The notes beneath the pieces are model-generated. The model had not been told where the DNA came from. It saw nothing but the letters and a program-made list of their open reading frames with translations, and did not search any database. This document shows, piece by piece, positions 9,804 to 19,011 of a DNA stretch of 64,000 bases. How positions within the stretch are numbered: position 1 is the stretch's first letter; each line of letters starts with the position of its first letter. Made by a program: the position numbers and the translations under genes. Source of the DNA: an uncultured bacterium (GTDB taxonomy: Bacteria; Babelota; Babeliae; Babelales; Babelaceae); NCBI GenBank assembly GCA_963711045.1, contig CAVQCM010000002.1, forward strand, positions 12,218 to 76,217. Direction: 5' to 3'.

Positions 9804-10457
9804 TTAGCTAACAACAGCATTATTGAGAGAGATCTCAATTTTGTTAGCACCAACTATAATGAGAGGAAACCTGGTATTTCCTGTTTCAAGATTAATCGAA
9901 CCGCATATCATATAAGGAAGAGAACAGTGGGAAGCAAATGTAAGGGTTATTGTTTGAAATAAGGCATCTTCTTGTTCAGAGCAAATGATAAGCTCATCGG
10001 CTTGCTCAAAATAGCATGATTGAAAAAAAAATTGTTTACCAATAAATTTATTGGGAGGCTTGTTAAATATAGTTCTTTTGAACGTTTGATATGCGTTTGT
10101 GGTGCCAAAAAAGTTATCACCTATTAGCATGAGCCTGTGTTCTTCGTAAAAAGTAGAGATAAAGGGCAAAATACAAGTGTCATGTACGTCTCCTAATGGA
10201 AATGAAGACACTTCAGAGTATACTTCTTTAATAGCCTGAATCATTTCTTTAGAAACTGTTAAGGGACCTATGGTGATATAACCATTATCGGAAAAGAGAC
10301 ATATAGGCGAATCTTCACATGAGACTGTCACTGATTGAACAGGCGAGAGTAGATTCCTTATGCTGGTGCCATTAATAGACACCGTTTCAGGTAAGGCAAA
10401 AAGTGGATTATTTAGTAGTGCTGCGACATATAGAGGCCATCGAATGCTTGTATACAT
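9804..10457 (-). CDS. hypothetical protein (signal-like N-terminus)
   Basis: Start moved to ATG 10455-10457 (MYTSIRWPLYVAALLNNPLFALP). The AAGGA Shine-Dalgarno sequence overlaps the stop codon of the upstream gene, implying translational coupling. Confidence 0.55.
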   Translation of the reverse strand: MYTSIRWPLYVAALLNNPLFALPETVSINGTSIRNLLSPVQSVTVSCEDSPICLFSDNGYITIGPLTVSKEMIQAIKEVYSEVSSFPLGDVHDTCILPFISTFYEEHRLMLIGDNFFGTTNAYQTFKRTIFNKPPNKFIGKQFFFQSCYFEQADELIICSEQEDALFQTITLTFASHCSLPYMICGSINLETGNTRFPLIIVGANKIEISLNNAVVS

Positions 10458-10464
10458 AGAATCC

Positions 10465-11376
10465 TTAAAAAATGGCTTTGAGCTTTTCTTGCAATAGACA
10501 ATATTGTTCATATTTGTCTTTGTAATCTGGATTAAAGCCCATCGCTAAGCCAATAATACCGGCAACGCTTGCTGCACATCCGACCCATAATGACATCTTC
10601 TCTTCTTTAAAATAGCCATAGGCTGAAGCGCAAAGGCCACTTGTTAAAAGTACAGAGCTCTTGTATACAACAGCATCATTCATAGATTTGTCTTTGAGTG
10701 AATGATAGGTTAACACGAATGTGTCCACAATCTCTTTTATGCTCTGTTTTGCATAAGCAGGTGTTAAGAAGAACATATCAATTGAGGTCAGTAAATGAGC
10801 ATAGGTGTTCGCTATATCATCCTCAGATAGAGATAATGCATGCTCTTTGAACTGTGCTAACACGGGTTCTGTATACCTCTTAAACCATTCAATCCGTTTA
10901 GCTAAGGGCATATGTTGAGTAATCTTACTAAAGGTGGATGTTTTTCCTAATTTTACTAGGATTTCTCCAGTTATTCTGTTAAGCATAATGCAATCAGCCT
11001 CATAGCTCACAGTTAGGTTGCTTGGGTTTAACGGTGCTGAATCTTCAATCTCGATGATACAATGTTCTGTCTTGATATATCCAGTGAAGGATAAAGTTTT
11101 AACCTTGATGAATGCATAAGGGGCTGATAGGGATCCATTTCCTGAGAAGGTATGTGCATAAATATGGATTTCTTTGCCTGCGGTGATAGAACCAGTATTA
11201 TCTAAGGACGTTACGCTGAATATTGCTTTGTCTGTTGCATGATATGCCCCCGTATTTTTTAGGTAATAGGAACTGATTTCGAGCGTTCTACTTGAAATAG
11301 TTCCCATATTAAGTGAAACAATACACTGGGTAGCACTTATTGCAAGCAGTGGCAAGAGATATATGATTTTTTTCAT
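10465..11376 (-). CDS. hypothetical exported/membrane-anchored protein
   Basis: 303 aa. GGAAGGA Shine-Dalgarno sequence, signal peptide MKKIIYLLPLLAISA, C-terminal hydrophobic segment (WVGCAASVAGIIGLAMGF). Confidence 0.6.
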   Translation of the reverse strand: MKKIIYLLPLLAISATQCIVSLNMGTISSRTLEISSYYLKNTGAYHATDKAIFSVTSLDNTGSITAGKEIHIYAHTFSGNGSLSAPYAFIKVKTLSFTGYIKTEHCIIEIEDSAPLNPSNLTVSYEADCIMLNRITGEILVKLGKTSTFSKITQHMPLAKRIEWFKRYTEPVLAQFKEHALSLSEDDIANTYAHLLTSIDMFFLTPAYAKQSIKEIVDTFVLTYHSLKDKSMNDAVVYKSSVLLTSGLCASAYGYFKEEKMSLWVGCAASVAGIIGLAMGFNPDYKDKYEQYCLLQEKLKAIF

Positions 11377-11421
11377 CTGAATCCTTCCTGTTTTTAATCT
11401 TTATTGATTATAACTACGCTT

Positions 11422-12075
11422 TTAGCCTTTTTTAGGAGGCTTAGGAAGTCGTGCTAGGTCTTTTATGGTACCAGCAAAGAGGAGTACATCGTTCTCAGTA
11501 ACAAGATAATCAGCTCGGACTGGTTCAATGTCGTTACTATCTCGTTTGCCAATGCATTGTATGCCATAGCTTTCTGGGAAATTGAGTTCTTCTATGCTTT
11601 TTTTCTGAAACTCCTCAGGAGCTTCTAGTTCGCTAATGCAGTAGTTAGCAGCCAGTCGTGTGACGGCTTTAAATGGTAAGCTAAGTAGATCGGCAACGCG
11701 TCGACCTTCCTCACGCTCAGGCAAAATAACTTGATCAGCTCCTATCAGAAGAAGTATCTCTCTGTGGATGTCACTTATTGAGCGAGTAATAACATTGGGA
11801 ATTTTTAGTCGATGTTTACAAAGAGCTGTTACTAATATGGATTGGGCAAAATTTTCACCCATGGCGACAATGACGGTATGCATACCTTCTATGCCTACTG
11901 TTCGTAATGACTCTTCATCTCTAATGCGTAAGCATACCGCTTGGGTAACTTTATCTCTTATTTCAGCAATGATAGCTTCATTGCTATCAATGGCCAGCAC
12001 TTCCATGCCATTTTCTGCAAGGGTAGTTGCTACATGATAACCAAACCGTCCAAGACCGATAACACAAAATTTCAT
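11422..12075 (-). CDS. trkA: K+ uptake system NAD-binding subunit (TrkA/KtrA family)
   Basis: 217 aa. Rossmann motif VIGLGRFG, RCK N- and C-lobes. Adjacent to trkH. Confidence 0.85.
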   Translation of the reverse strand: MKFCVIGLGRFGYHVATTLAENGMEVLAIDSNEAIIAEIRDKVTQAVCLRIRDEESLRTVGIEGMHTVIVAMGENFAQSILVTALCKHRLKIPNVITRSISDIHREILLLIGADQVILPEREEGRRVADLLSLPFKAVTRLAANYCISELEAPEEFQKKSIEELNFPESYGIQCIGKRDSNDIEPVRADYLVTENDVLLFAGTIKDLARLPKPPKKG

Positions 12076-12084
12076 CGCACAATC

Positions 12085-13422
12085 CTAACTCATCATAATC
12101 CGTTCTTCAGGGTATTGAAATTCTACCCTATCTTGAGACATTCGTAAAGCTAACATGAGTGTTAATATACCAACTCTTCCCATAAACATGTTAAGAATAA
12201 CGATCCATTTGCCTGGGGTACTCAAGGAAGGTGTGATGCTTGATGCAAGACCTAAGTTGGTAAATGATGATACTGCTTCAAAAAAAACACTCATAAAAGA
12301 GCTATGGCTTTCAAAGAGGGCCAAAAAGAAGGTGCTTGTAGTGATCCAGACCACACTTACTGAAAGTACGGCCATGGCCTTAAATATCTGATCTTGTGGA
12401 ATAGTTCTTCCTTTAAGATCAACTGTCATTCTTCCATTAATAACGGCACGTATGGTAGCTAAAAAGAGGGCAAACGTGGTTACTTTTATTCCTGAGCCTG
12501 TTGATACGGGCGATGAGCCAATAAAACTGTACATCATAATAAGAAATACCGTTGCACTTTGCATGGTGCCTAAATCGATAGTGGTAAGACCGATACTACG
12601 GTACGCTATAGCATTAAAAACCATATTGCTTAGGGTTATGCCCCAGGGACTTCCTGGAAAATGGCTTGGGCCTTCTAAGATTAACAGCAATAGGGTAGAT
12701 GACGCGATAAGGAGCGCACTCATTGTAAGGATAACCTTAGTAGTTAATGAGAACTTAAATCGTTTGCCATACCATTTGTTCTGAAAATATAAAAACAGTT
12801 CATGTAAGGTCATGAATCCTATGCTGCCGGCAAGCACAAGAAGAGCGGTAATGCCTAAAAAGGGAAGATTGTGTTTAAATTGAACTAGGCTTGAAGGCCC
12901 AAAGCTACTTAACCCGGCGGTACAAAAAGTAGAAACGCTATGAAAGACCGAATGGAATAGTGCTTCGCGAAATGGATACTGCTCTGCTATTAATGAGTAG
13001 ATGCCAAAGGCGCCTGCAGCCTCACAAAAGAGGGTAATGCCAATAATAAAAAAGAGTATCGAACGTGGATTTTTGAAGGTAGAGAGTTCAAGAACCCTTC
13101 CTAGCATGAACTGGGTTGAGATGCCTAAGTTAAAAAACAATGAAAAGAGAAAGAGCCACATTGTTAAGAGCCCAATACCACCAAGTTGTATGAGCCCTAG
13201 AATAATGCACTTGCCAAAGAGGGTAAAGTAATCAAAGGGTACCGTTAGAACCCCGGTAACACAGGTTGCCGAAGTGGCCGTAAAAAAACAATCGATAAGT
13301 GAAATGGGGGTATTCTGTGCTGCTGGCAGCATAAGAAGTCCTGTTCCCATTACTATTGTGAGTGCGATTGTCAACAATACCGTTCTACCCGGTGAATCGG
13401 TGAGCGTTCGTCTAAATCTCAT
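12085..13422 (-). CDS. trkH: K+ transporter membrane subunit (TrkH/KtrB family)
   Basis: Multi-TM ORF. Start placed at ATG 13420-13422 (MRFRRTL...) rather than the upstream TTG. Repeated pore-loop-like segments (TATCVTG, FCTAGLS, SIGLTT, VSTGSG). Confidence 0.85.
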   Translation of the reverse strand: MRFRRTLTDSPGRTVLLTIALTIVMGTGLLMLPAAQNTPISLIDCFFTATSATCVTGVLTVPFDYFTLFGKCIILGLIQLGGIGLLTMWLFLFSLFFNLGISTQFMLGRVLELSTFKNPRSILFFIIGITLFCEAAGAFGIYSLIAEQYPFREALFHSVFHSVSTFCTAGLSSFGPSSLVQFKHNLPFLGITALLVLAGSIGFMTLHELFLYFQNKWYGKRFKFSLTTKVILTMSALLIASSTLLLLILEGPSHFPGSPWGITLSNMVFNAIAYRSIGLTTIDLGTMQSATVFLIMMYSFIGSSPVSTGSGIKVTTFALFLATIRAVINGRMTVDLKGRTIPQDQIFKAMAVLSVSVVWITTSTFFLALFESHSSFMSVFFEAVSSFTNLGLASSITPSLSTPGKWIVILNMFMGRVGILTLMLALRMSQDRVEFQYPEERIMMS

Positions 13423-13904
13423 AGCACTGTTCCTTTTGTTATCGTAACAATATACACCTAAATGGGGTAGTTCTGTCAAGTGCTATGTTTGGATGGGCTT
13501 GGGTAGGCAGTTTTGAAATAGTATTTTTGTAGAGAGGTTTAGGTAAAGATTAGAAGGTGACTCAAAAGTATTAGAAACTCCTGTGCTGTGATGAATGTAA
13601 AGAGAGAGGACTGGACTACTTATGATTCAGGTGAACAGTGAACAAAAGTAAAAAAAGTCATATCAATTATTGTAATCTGCTTTCTTTTTGTGATAACGTT
13701 AAGATTGTAGATTGTTATGTTTAAGCGATTAATTATTCTATAAGGATAGCTGAATTAAGATCTAATGAGTTATAAATAAGAGGAGGGCATGATTGCAATG
13801 ATAAATTAAAGTCTTATCATGCAAAAAATGTAATAACGTGTGATCTCAAAAAGTGGTCTCACTAAATTGTTAAACTAATCATCACAATAAAGCAAGGAGC
13901 AAAG

Positions 13905-15548
13905 ATGATGAAGCATAATATAAAACTAATGAGCGAATCAACTAGATTTGGTATTTCGCTGACTCTCGGTGTAGGCTTATTATTTTTTTCTAACCAAACA
14001 TTTGGGAAGAAACGGTCAAGAATAGATAAATGTAATGCTGATCTTTCATTAAGAACAGAGTTGCTAAATGCTATGAACCAAAATGATCCAATTAATAATG
14101 GTAATTTTCCTCCTGACCCAATAAATGCTGTGGGATCAAATACTGTAATAACAATGGTTAACCTTTCTATGGCTATTTGGGTCAAGGATACATTGCAGCA
14201 AAGCTATATAGCAAATCTTATTAATTTTTTTCCTTTTGAAAGCGATTTCATGAGTGATCCCTGGATTATGTATGATGAGTTTTCAAAGAGATTTTTTGTA
14301 ACTATAACAACATTGAATAATATATATCTTGCGGTATCAAAAAAGCCCGATCCTCGAATTGGTGATGACTTTTTTTTCTATAAGTATCACCTTCCAGAAA
14401 TAGGATTGATTGGAGCAGATTATCCAAAGCTTGCATGTGATAGGGAAGCAGTTTATATAACATGGCGAGATCCCTTTTTTGTGGATGATGAACTAAGGAT
14501 CTTTTATTCCGCTGCGACGTTTGATAAGAAGTCACTTGTTGACGGAACATCACCAGTAGATATTTTATCTACCTTTTATAAAAGAATTGATTCAGGGCCT
14601 CCAAATGATATTGGGTTTGCAGAATTTATCTTCCCGGTTCAGCCACATGTAAATTTAAATTGTGACAAAAATAGTATCGAGAAGGTGCTTCTCGTGCAGG
14701 CAAGAACTGAAGAGACAGGTATGATGCCAAATACCACAAAAGGTAATACTCTTCGTATTTATCAGGTAAAGAATGTGCTTGATGCAGAACGTGCTGAAAT
14801 CGTATTTACCGATGTTAAAGTGCCAGAATTTATGACGGGTGGTTTTGGCTTTTTCGGAACTTCGACGGTACCTCAACCACCTCCATTGATTAACATTAAT
14901 AATGAGCCAATTATAGGTCTTGAAACTGCCGGCGGTTACCTTATAACAGGAACGATTCGCGATAAATCCTTGTGGACATCTCACGATGTATTTTCTGAGG
15001 ATGGGCAATTTCGTAAGCTAGCTCGTTGGTATGAAATTGATATCTCAAAGTTCCTTTCTCGAAACAAAGCTTCATTGGTGCAGTCTGGCGATGTCGATCC
15101 TGGCAATAGAGCGCAAACTGGTCTTTGGCAGGCGATTAATGTTGATAAGCATGGCAATATGGGTATCAGTTTTGCTCTTGCCGGTGAACTGCAATATCCA
15201 GCCCTTGCTTATACAGGCCGCTTAAAAAGTGATCCTAAGGGAACTGTTAGATTACCATTAGAGATACCAATAAGCCCAAATCTTTACTATCAAGAATTAG
15301 ATGGTGAGCGCAACCGGTATGGTGATTATTCTGGGCTTGTTGTTGATCCTGAAGATGGTAAGACTTTCTGGATGTTCCATGAGTATCCTTACCCAGTCAA
15401 TCCTGAGGATCAAGGGTTTGGCTCTTTATGGACCACATACCTCGCAGCTTTCCAAATTAGTAAGGGTGGCAATTCTTATAATGCTCCCCAAGGAATAGTT
15501 AAGAGTATTGTAGATAGATTACCCGTTGTTGAAGATGAGGATGCCTAA
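13905..15548 (+). CDS. hypothetical secreted protein
   Basis: 547 aa. AAGGAG Shine-Dalgarno sequence and signal peptide. No family recognised by eye. Motifs DPWIMYDEFSKRFF and NRYGDYSGLVVDP suggest a propeller-like fold only weakly. Confidence 0.65.
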   Translation: MMKHNIKLMSESTRFGISLTLGVGLLFFSNQTFGKKRSRIDKCNADLSLRTELLNAMNQNDPINNGNFPPDPINAVGSNTVITMVNLSMAIWVKDTLQQSYIANLINFFPFESDFMSDPWIMYDEFSKRFFVTITTLNNIYLAVSKKPDPRIGDDFFFYKYHLPEIGLIGADYPKLACDREAVYITWRDPFFVDDELRIFYSAATFDKKSLVDGTSPVDILSTFYKRIDSGPPNDIGFAEFIFPVQPHVNLNCDKNSIEKVLLVQARTEETGMMPNTTKGNTLRIYQVKNVLDAERAEIVFTDVKVPEFMTGGFGFFGTSTVPQPPPLININNEPIIGLETAGGYLITGTIRDKSLWTSHDVFSEDGQFRKLARWYEIDISKFLSRNKASLVQSGDVDPGNRAQTGLWQAINVDKHGNMGISFALAGELQYPALAYTGRLKSDPKGTVRLPLEIPISPNLYYQELDGERNRYGDYSGLVVDPEDGKTFWMFHEYPYPVNPEDQGFGSLWTTYLAAFQISKGGNSYNAPQGIVKSIVDRLPVVEDEDA

Positions 15549-15578
15549 ATTGCATCATTGATCGGTTGTTTGATAATT

Positions 15579-15610
15579 AGGGGTGATCTTTGGATTGCCC
15601 CTACCTTTTT
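15579..15610 (+). terminator. possible intrinsic terminator
   Basis: AGGGG...CCCCT stem with a long loop, followed by CCTTTTT. Lies 30 nt after the stop at 15548. Confidence 0.3.
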
Positions 15611-15865
15611 GGGTCTAACTATTTAATGCTATAAAAATTCAAGAATACGTTCATTTTACTTCGGTGTGCTGTGTTCACTCTAATCAAGGCTTTCATGACT
15701 ATTGATAAAGAAATAAGGAAGGCCAGTAAAAATATAAGTTTTAGCAATATATGCATCCCGAAACCTATTTTAGTTAGGGTAGTTAATGCCTATCTTAGCT
15801 TAATCCTGCAAATAATAGTAAAAGATGTGAAGCTATAGTTCCATTCATATTCACTTTGATGATAA

Positions 15866-15899
15866 GATACTGCGAGCTATAGTGATTGCCCGCAGTATC
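15866..15899 (-). terminator. possible lon terminator hairpin
   Basis: 12-bp stem GATACTGCG(A/G)GC with one mismatch and a 10-nt loop, directly downstream of the lon stop. Weak T-tract. Confidence 0.35.
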
Positions 15900-15915
15900 G
15901 TGAATTTCTAAATAT

Positions 15916-18327
15916 TTATTTTATTCTCCCAACCGCCTTTTTATGAGGCTTTGTTGCTAGTTTTCGCTTGATAGGAGGTGTCTTAAACGGGTCATTTTCA
16001 AGGGCAAGTTTAAGCACATCATCCATGTTATTGACGAAGATGATATGCAGCCCTTTTTTGTCTTCGATGTCTTTAAGGACATCTGCAACATCATCCTTAT
16101 TTTCTTCAGGTACCAAGATAGTGGTTTTGCCATGCTGGCGGGCTGCTAGAATTTTAGCCTTTAGGCCACCAACGCCAAGTACCCGTCCTCGCAGAGTAAT
16201 CTCACCAGTCATTGCCACTTCTGGCTTGGTAGGATTTTTAGTCAGTGCAGAAACAAGGGCAACGCACATAGTGATACCAGCTGAAGGTCCATCTTTTGGC
16301 GTAGCACCTTCAGGGATATGCATATGTATATCCTTTGAAGAATAGAATGAATCCTTAAGACCAAGGTTCTTAGCGCGGGAACGTATATAGCTGAGTGCGG
16401 CATGAGCAGATTCTTGCATCACTTCACCAAGTTGTCCGGTGAGCGTCAAGCCGCCCTTGCCAGGAAGTACGGTTGTTTCTATTTCAAGAACATCACCTCC
16501 AACTTCCGTCCAGGCAAGGCCGGTCGCAAGACCAATCCGCTCACCAGTATCGAGAGCTGTTTTTTTGTAGCGTGGATGCCCAAGCCAATCTTTTAAGCGA
16601 CTTTCTGTGACGGTAACACTCTTAGTCGCTGGATCTTTGAGAATCATTTGAATTGCCTTTCTCATAAGCTTCGCAATAATACGTTCAAGCTGACGTACCC
16701 CTGCTTCTTTAGTGTATTCATTAATAACCTTAGCGAGTAATGTCGGTGGCAACTTAAATTGTGTTGCTTTGAGGCCATACTCTTTTAAGTTTTTCGGTAT
16801 TAAGAAGGATTTGGCGATTTCAGTCTTTTCTGCTTCGGTATACCCAGATAGATTAATACGCTCCATACGATCATACAGAGGATATGGTATGCCCTCAGTA
16901 TGATTTGCTGTTGCAATAAACATTACCTTTGATAAGTCATATTCAAGCTCAAGAAAATGATCCACAAATGATTTATTCTGTTCTGGATCAAGGACCTCAA
17001 GTAAGGCAGAAGCTGGGTCTCCATGAAAATCACTTGACATCTTATCAATTTCATCAAGAAGAATAACCGGGTTTGATGAATTTGCTTTTTTCATCGCTTG
17101 AATAATTTTACCAGGAAGGGCACCAATATAGGTACGACGATGACCACGAATTTCAGCTTCGTCTTTTACTCCACCAAGTGAAATACGCACAAATTCACGT
17201 CCCAGGCTTTCTGCTATTGAATGGCCAAGTGAGGTCTTACCAACCCCCGGCGGGCCAATGAGGCAAATGATGGGAGACCGTTCAAGGTTTTTTGAGAATT
17301 TACGTGCTGCAAGAAACTCAATAATACGCTCTTTTGCTCGCTTTAGACCAGCATGATTCTTATTAAGAATCTTCTCGGCTTGTTCGAGGCTAATTTTATC
17401 TTTTGTGGTCTTATTCCAAGGTAATGAAATTACCCAATCAATGTAGTGCCTACTCACCACTGCTTCAGAAGACAATGGCGGCATTTGTTCAAGGCGCTTA
17501 AGCTCTTTATTAACCTTTTCGAGAGCTTCTTTTGGTAAGCCTAGCTTTTTCACTTTTGCTTTGATGAGTGCAATGTCAGATTGGGTATCATCACGACCAA
17601 GCTCTTTTTGGATAGCTTTCATTTGTTCAGTAAGATAGTACTCTCGCTGACTTTTTTCGACTTGCTTTTGAATACTTCCTCTAATACGCTCTTCCGTTTC
17701 AAGGATCTCAATTTCTCGGTTAAGAAAACCACAAATCAAGGTGATTCTTTTTGGCAAATCGTCCTCTTCAAGAATCTGTTGACGCTCTTCAAATGAGAGA
17801 TTTAAATGTATTGCTAAGGTGTCAACGGTCGTATCCATATCTTCTGCCGTTTTTACTGCCGCCATTAATTCTTGTGGCACTTTGGTATTATGCTGTGCAA
17901 AGATGGAATACAGGCTCTTTAGTTGGCGCCAGAGCGCCTCTAAGTCGACCGTTTTTTTCATATTTTTTGAAGGGAGGTCGGTAATTTCAACAGTAATGAA
18001 CGAATCTCCTACCTCAGCCGTTTTTACTTTGGCGCGACTCATACCTTCAACAAGTATTTTTAGCGTACCTTTAGGCATTCTCATAACTTGCAGAATGCTT
18101 GAGCGAGTACCATGCGCATACACATCTTTAGGGGTTGGCACCTCTAATTCGGCATCTTTTTGTGCGGTAATAAAGAGGTCGGTACCATTGCGCAATGCTT
18201 CTTCAACAGCAGCAACCGATGAAGGACGACCTACAATTATGGGTAAAATGCTTTTTGGCAGTATTACCACGTTTTTTAGCGGTAATAATGGCAACTCTAC
18301 GTTTTTTGTGTGCTTTTTCTTTGTCAT
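15916..18327 (-). CDS. lon: ATP-dependent Lon protease
   Basis: 803 aa. LON N-domain, Walker A GPPGVGKTS, Walker B ILLDEIDK, protease Ser motif PKDGPSAGI. Confidence 0.95.
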   Translation of the reverse strand: MTKKKHTKNVELPLLPLKNVVILPKSILPIIVGRPSSVAAVEEALRNGTDLFITAQKDAELEVPTPKDVYAHGTRSSILQVMRMPKGTLKILVEGMSRAKVKTAEVGDSFITVEITDLPSKNMKKTVDLEALWRQLKSLYSIFAQHNTKVPQELMAAVKTAEDMDTTVDTLAIHLNLSFEERQQILEEDDLPKRITLICGFLNREIEILETEERIRGSIQKQVEKSQREYYLTEQMKAIQKELGRDDTQSDIALIKAKVKKLGLPKEALEKVNKELKRLEQMPPLSSEAVVSRHYIDWVISLPWNKTTKDKISLEQAEKILNKNHAGLKRAKERIIEFLAARKFSKNLERSPIICLIGPPGVGKTSLGHSIAESLGREFVRISLGGVKDEAEIRGHRRTYIGALPGKIIQAMKKANSSNPVILLDEIDKMSSDFHGDPASALLEVLDPEQNKSFVDHFLELEYDLSKVMFIATANHTEGIPYPLYDRMERINLSGYTEAEKTEIAKSFLIPKNLKEYGLKATQFKLPPTLLAKVINEYTKEAGVRQLERIIAKLMRKAIQMILKDPATKSVTVTESRLKDWLGHPRYKKTALDTGERIGLATGLAWTEVGGDVLEIETTVLPGKGGLTLTGQLGEVMQESAHAALSYIRSRAKNLGLKDSFYSSKDIHMHIPEGATPKDGPSAGITMCVALVSALTKNPTKPEVAMTGEITLRGRVLGVGGLKAKILAARQHGKTTILVPEENKDDVADVLKDIEDKKGLHIIFVNNMDDVLKLALENDPFKTPPIKRKLATKPHKKAVGRIK

Positions 18328-19011
18328 ACTAATTGTTCTTCCTTACTTGAGCCGTGATTGCGGCAATTTGTTTTATTCCTAGAAATTCTTTAGGAATCTT
18401 TAGTCGTAAAATATACTACTCAAGACTAATATAATCTTAGCATAATTGACTCAAGTTGTACAGTCCTATTGCATGGCAACAGTGAAGGAGGCTTTTTCAT
18501 TAAAAGGTCCAATTGATGACGGCTTAGGATTGTTAAGTCGGGTGAATACTTGATGGATCGTATGAGAAGTTTTCTTTCAGAATTGTTTCTTGCTAGCAGC
18601 CAATACAAAAGAGATTATTTCGTCAAGCAGAGCGGGTGCTGCATCTCCCCAACAATGTTCAGTGTGATTTCCCGTCGTTTTTGGGGAGATGTAGTTATAT
18701 GAGCTCATATTGATAAGAAGAAAAAGTATGGCCTTCTTAAAGTTGCAGTTTTATCTAGGTTTTGTAGACTTAGTATTCTTCTATGGTGAAATACTGCCAA
18801 GCAGAGGAAACAGAATATGCCTGTGGTTGTGCTCATACTGTATGTTGGCACTTACCTATAAAACGGGTATACTTATGATAAGTTATAACATTGTGGTGTG
18901 ATACATACACCTCAAGGGCGGGAGAATATGCCTATGATTTAACCCGATTCTTTTGTGCTATACAGTGATAACAACAATCCGTACTATTATGATAAGGAAA
19001 AGGTTTAGTAT

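Noticed and set aside
15619-15756. A 45-codon minus-strand ORF encoding a hydrophobic peptide (MHILLKLIFLLAFLISLSIVMKALIRVNTAHRSK...).
   Set aside because: It has no convincing Shine-Dalgarno sequence or promoter. It lies in an AT-rich spacer where such ORFs arise by chance. It is worth a look only if Ribo-seq data exist.
15968-18382. Several plus-strand ORFs of 60-190 aa inside lon. Similar antisense ORFs occur inside der, dnaX, dsbD, mrdA, the regulators, trkH and others.
   Set aside because: They lie entirely within well-supported genes on the opposite strand. They have low-complexity or Ser/Cys-rich translations typical of shadow ORFs.
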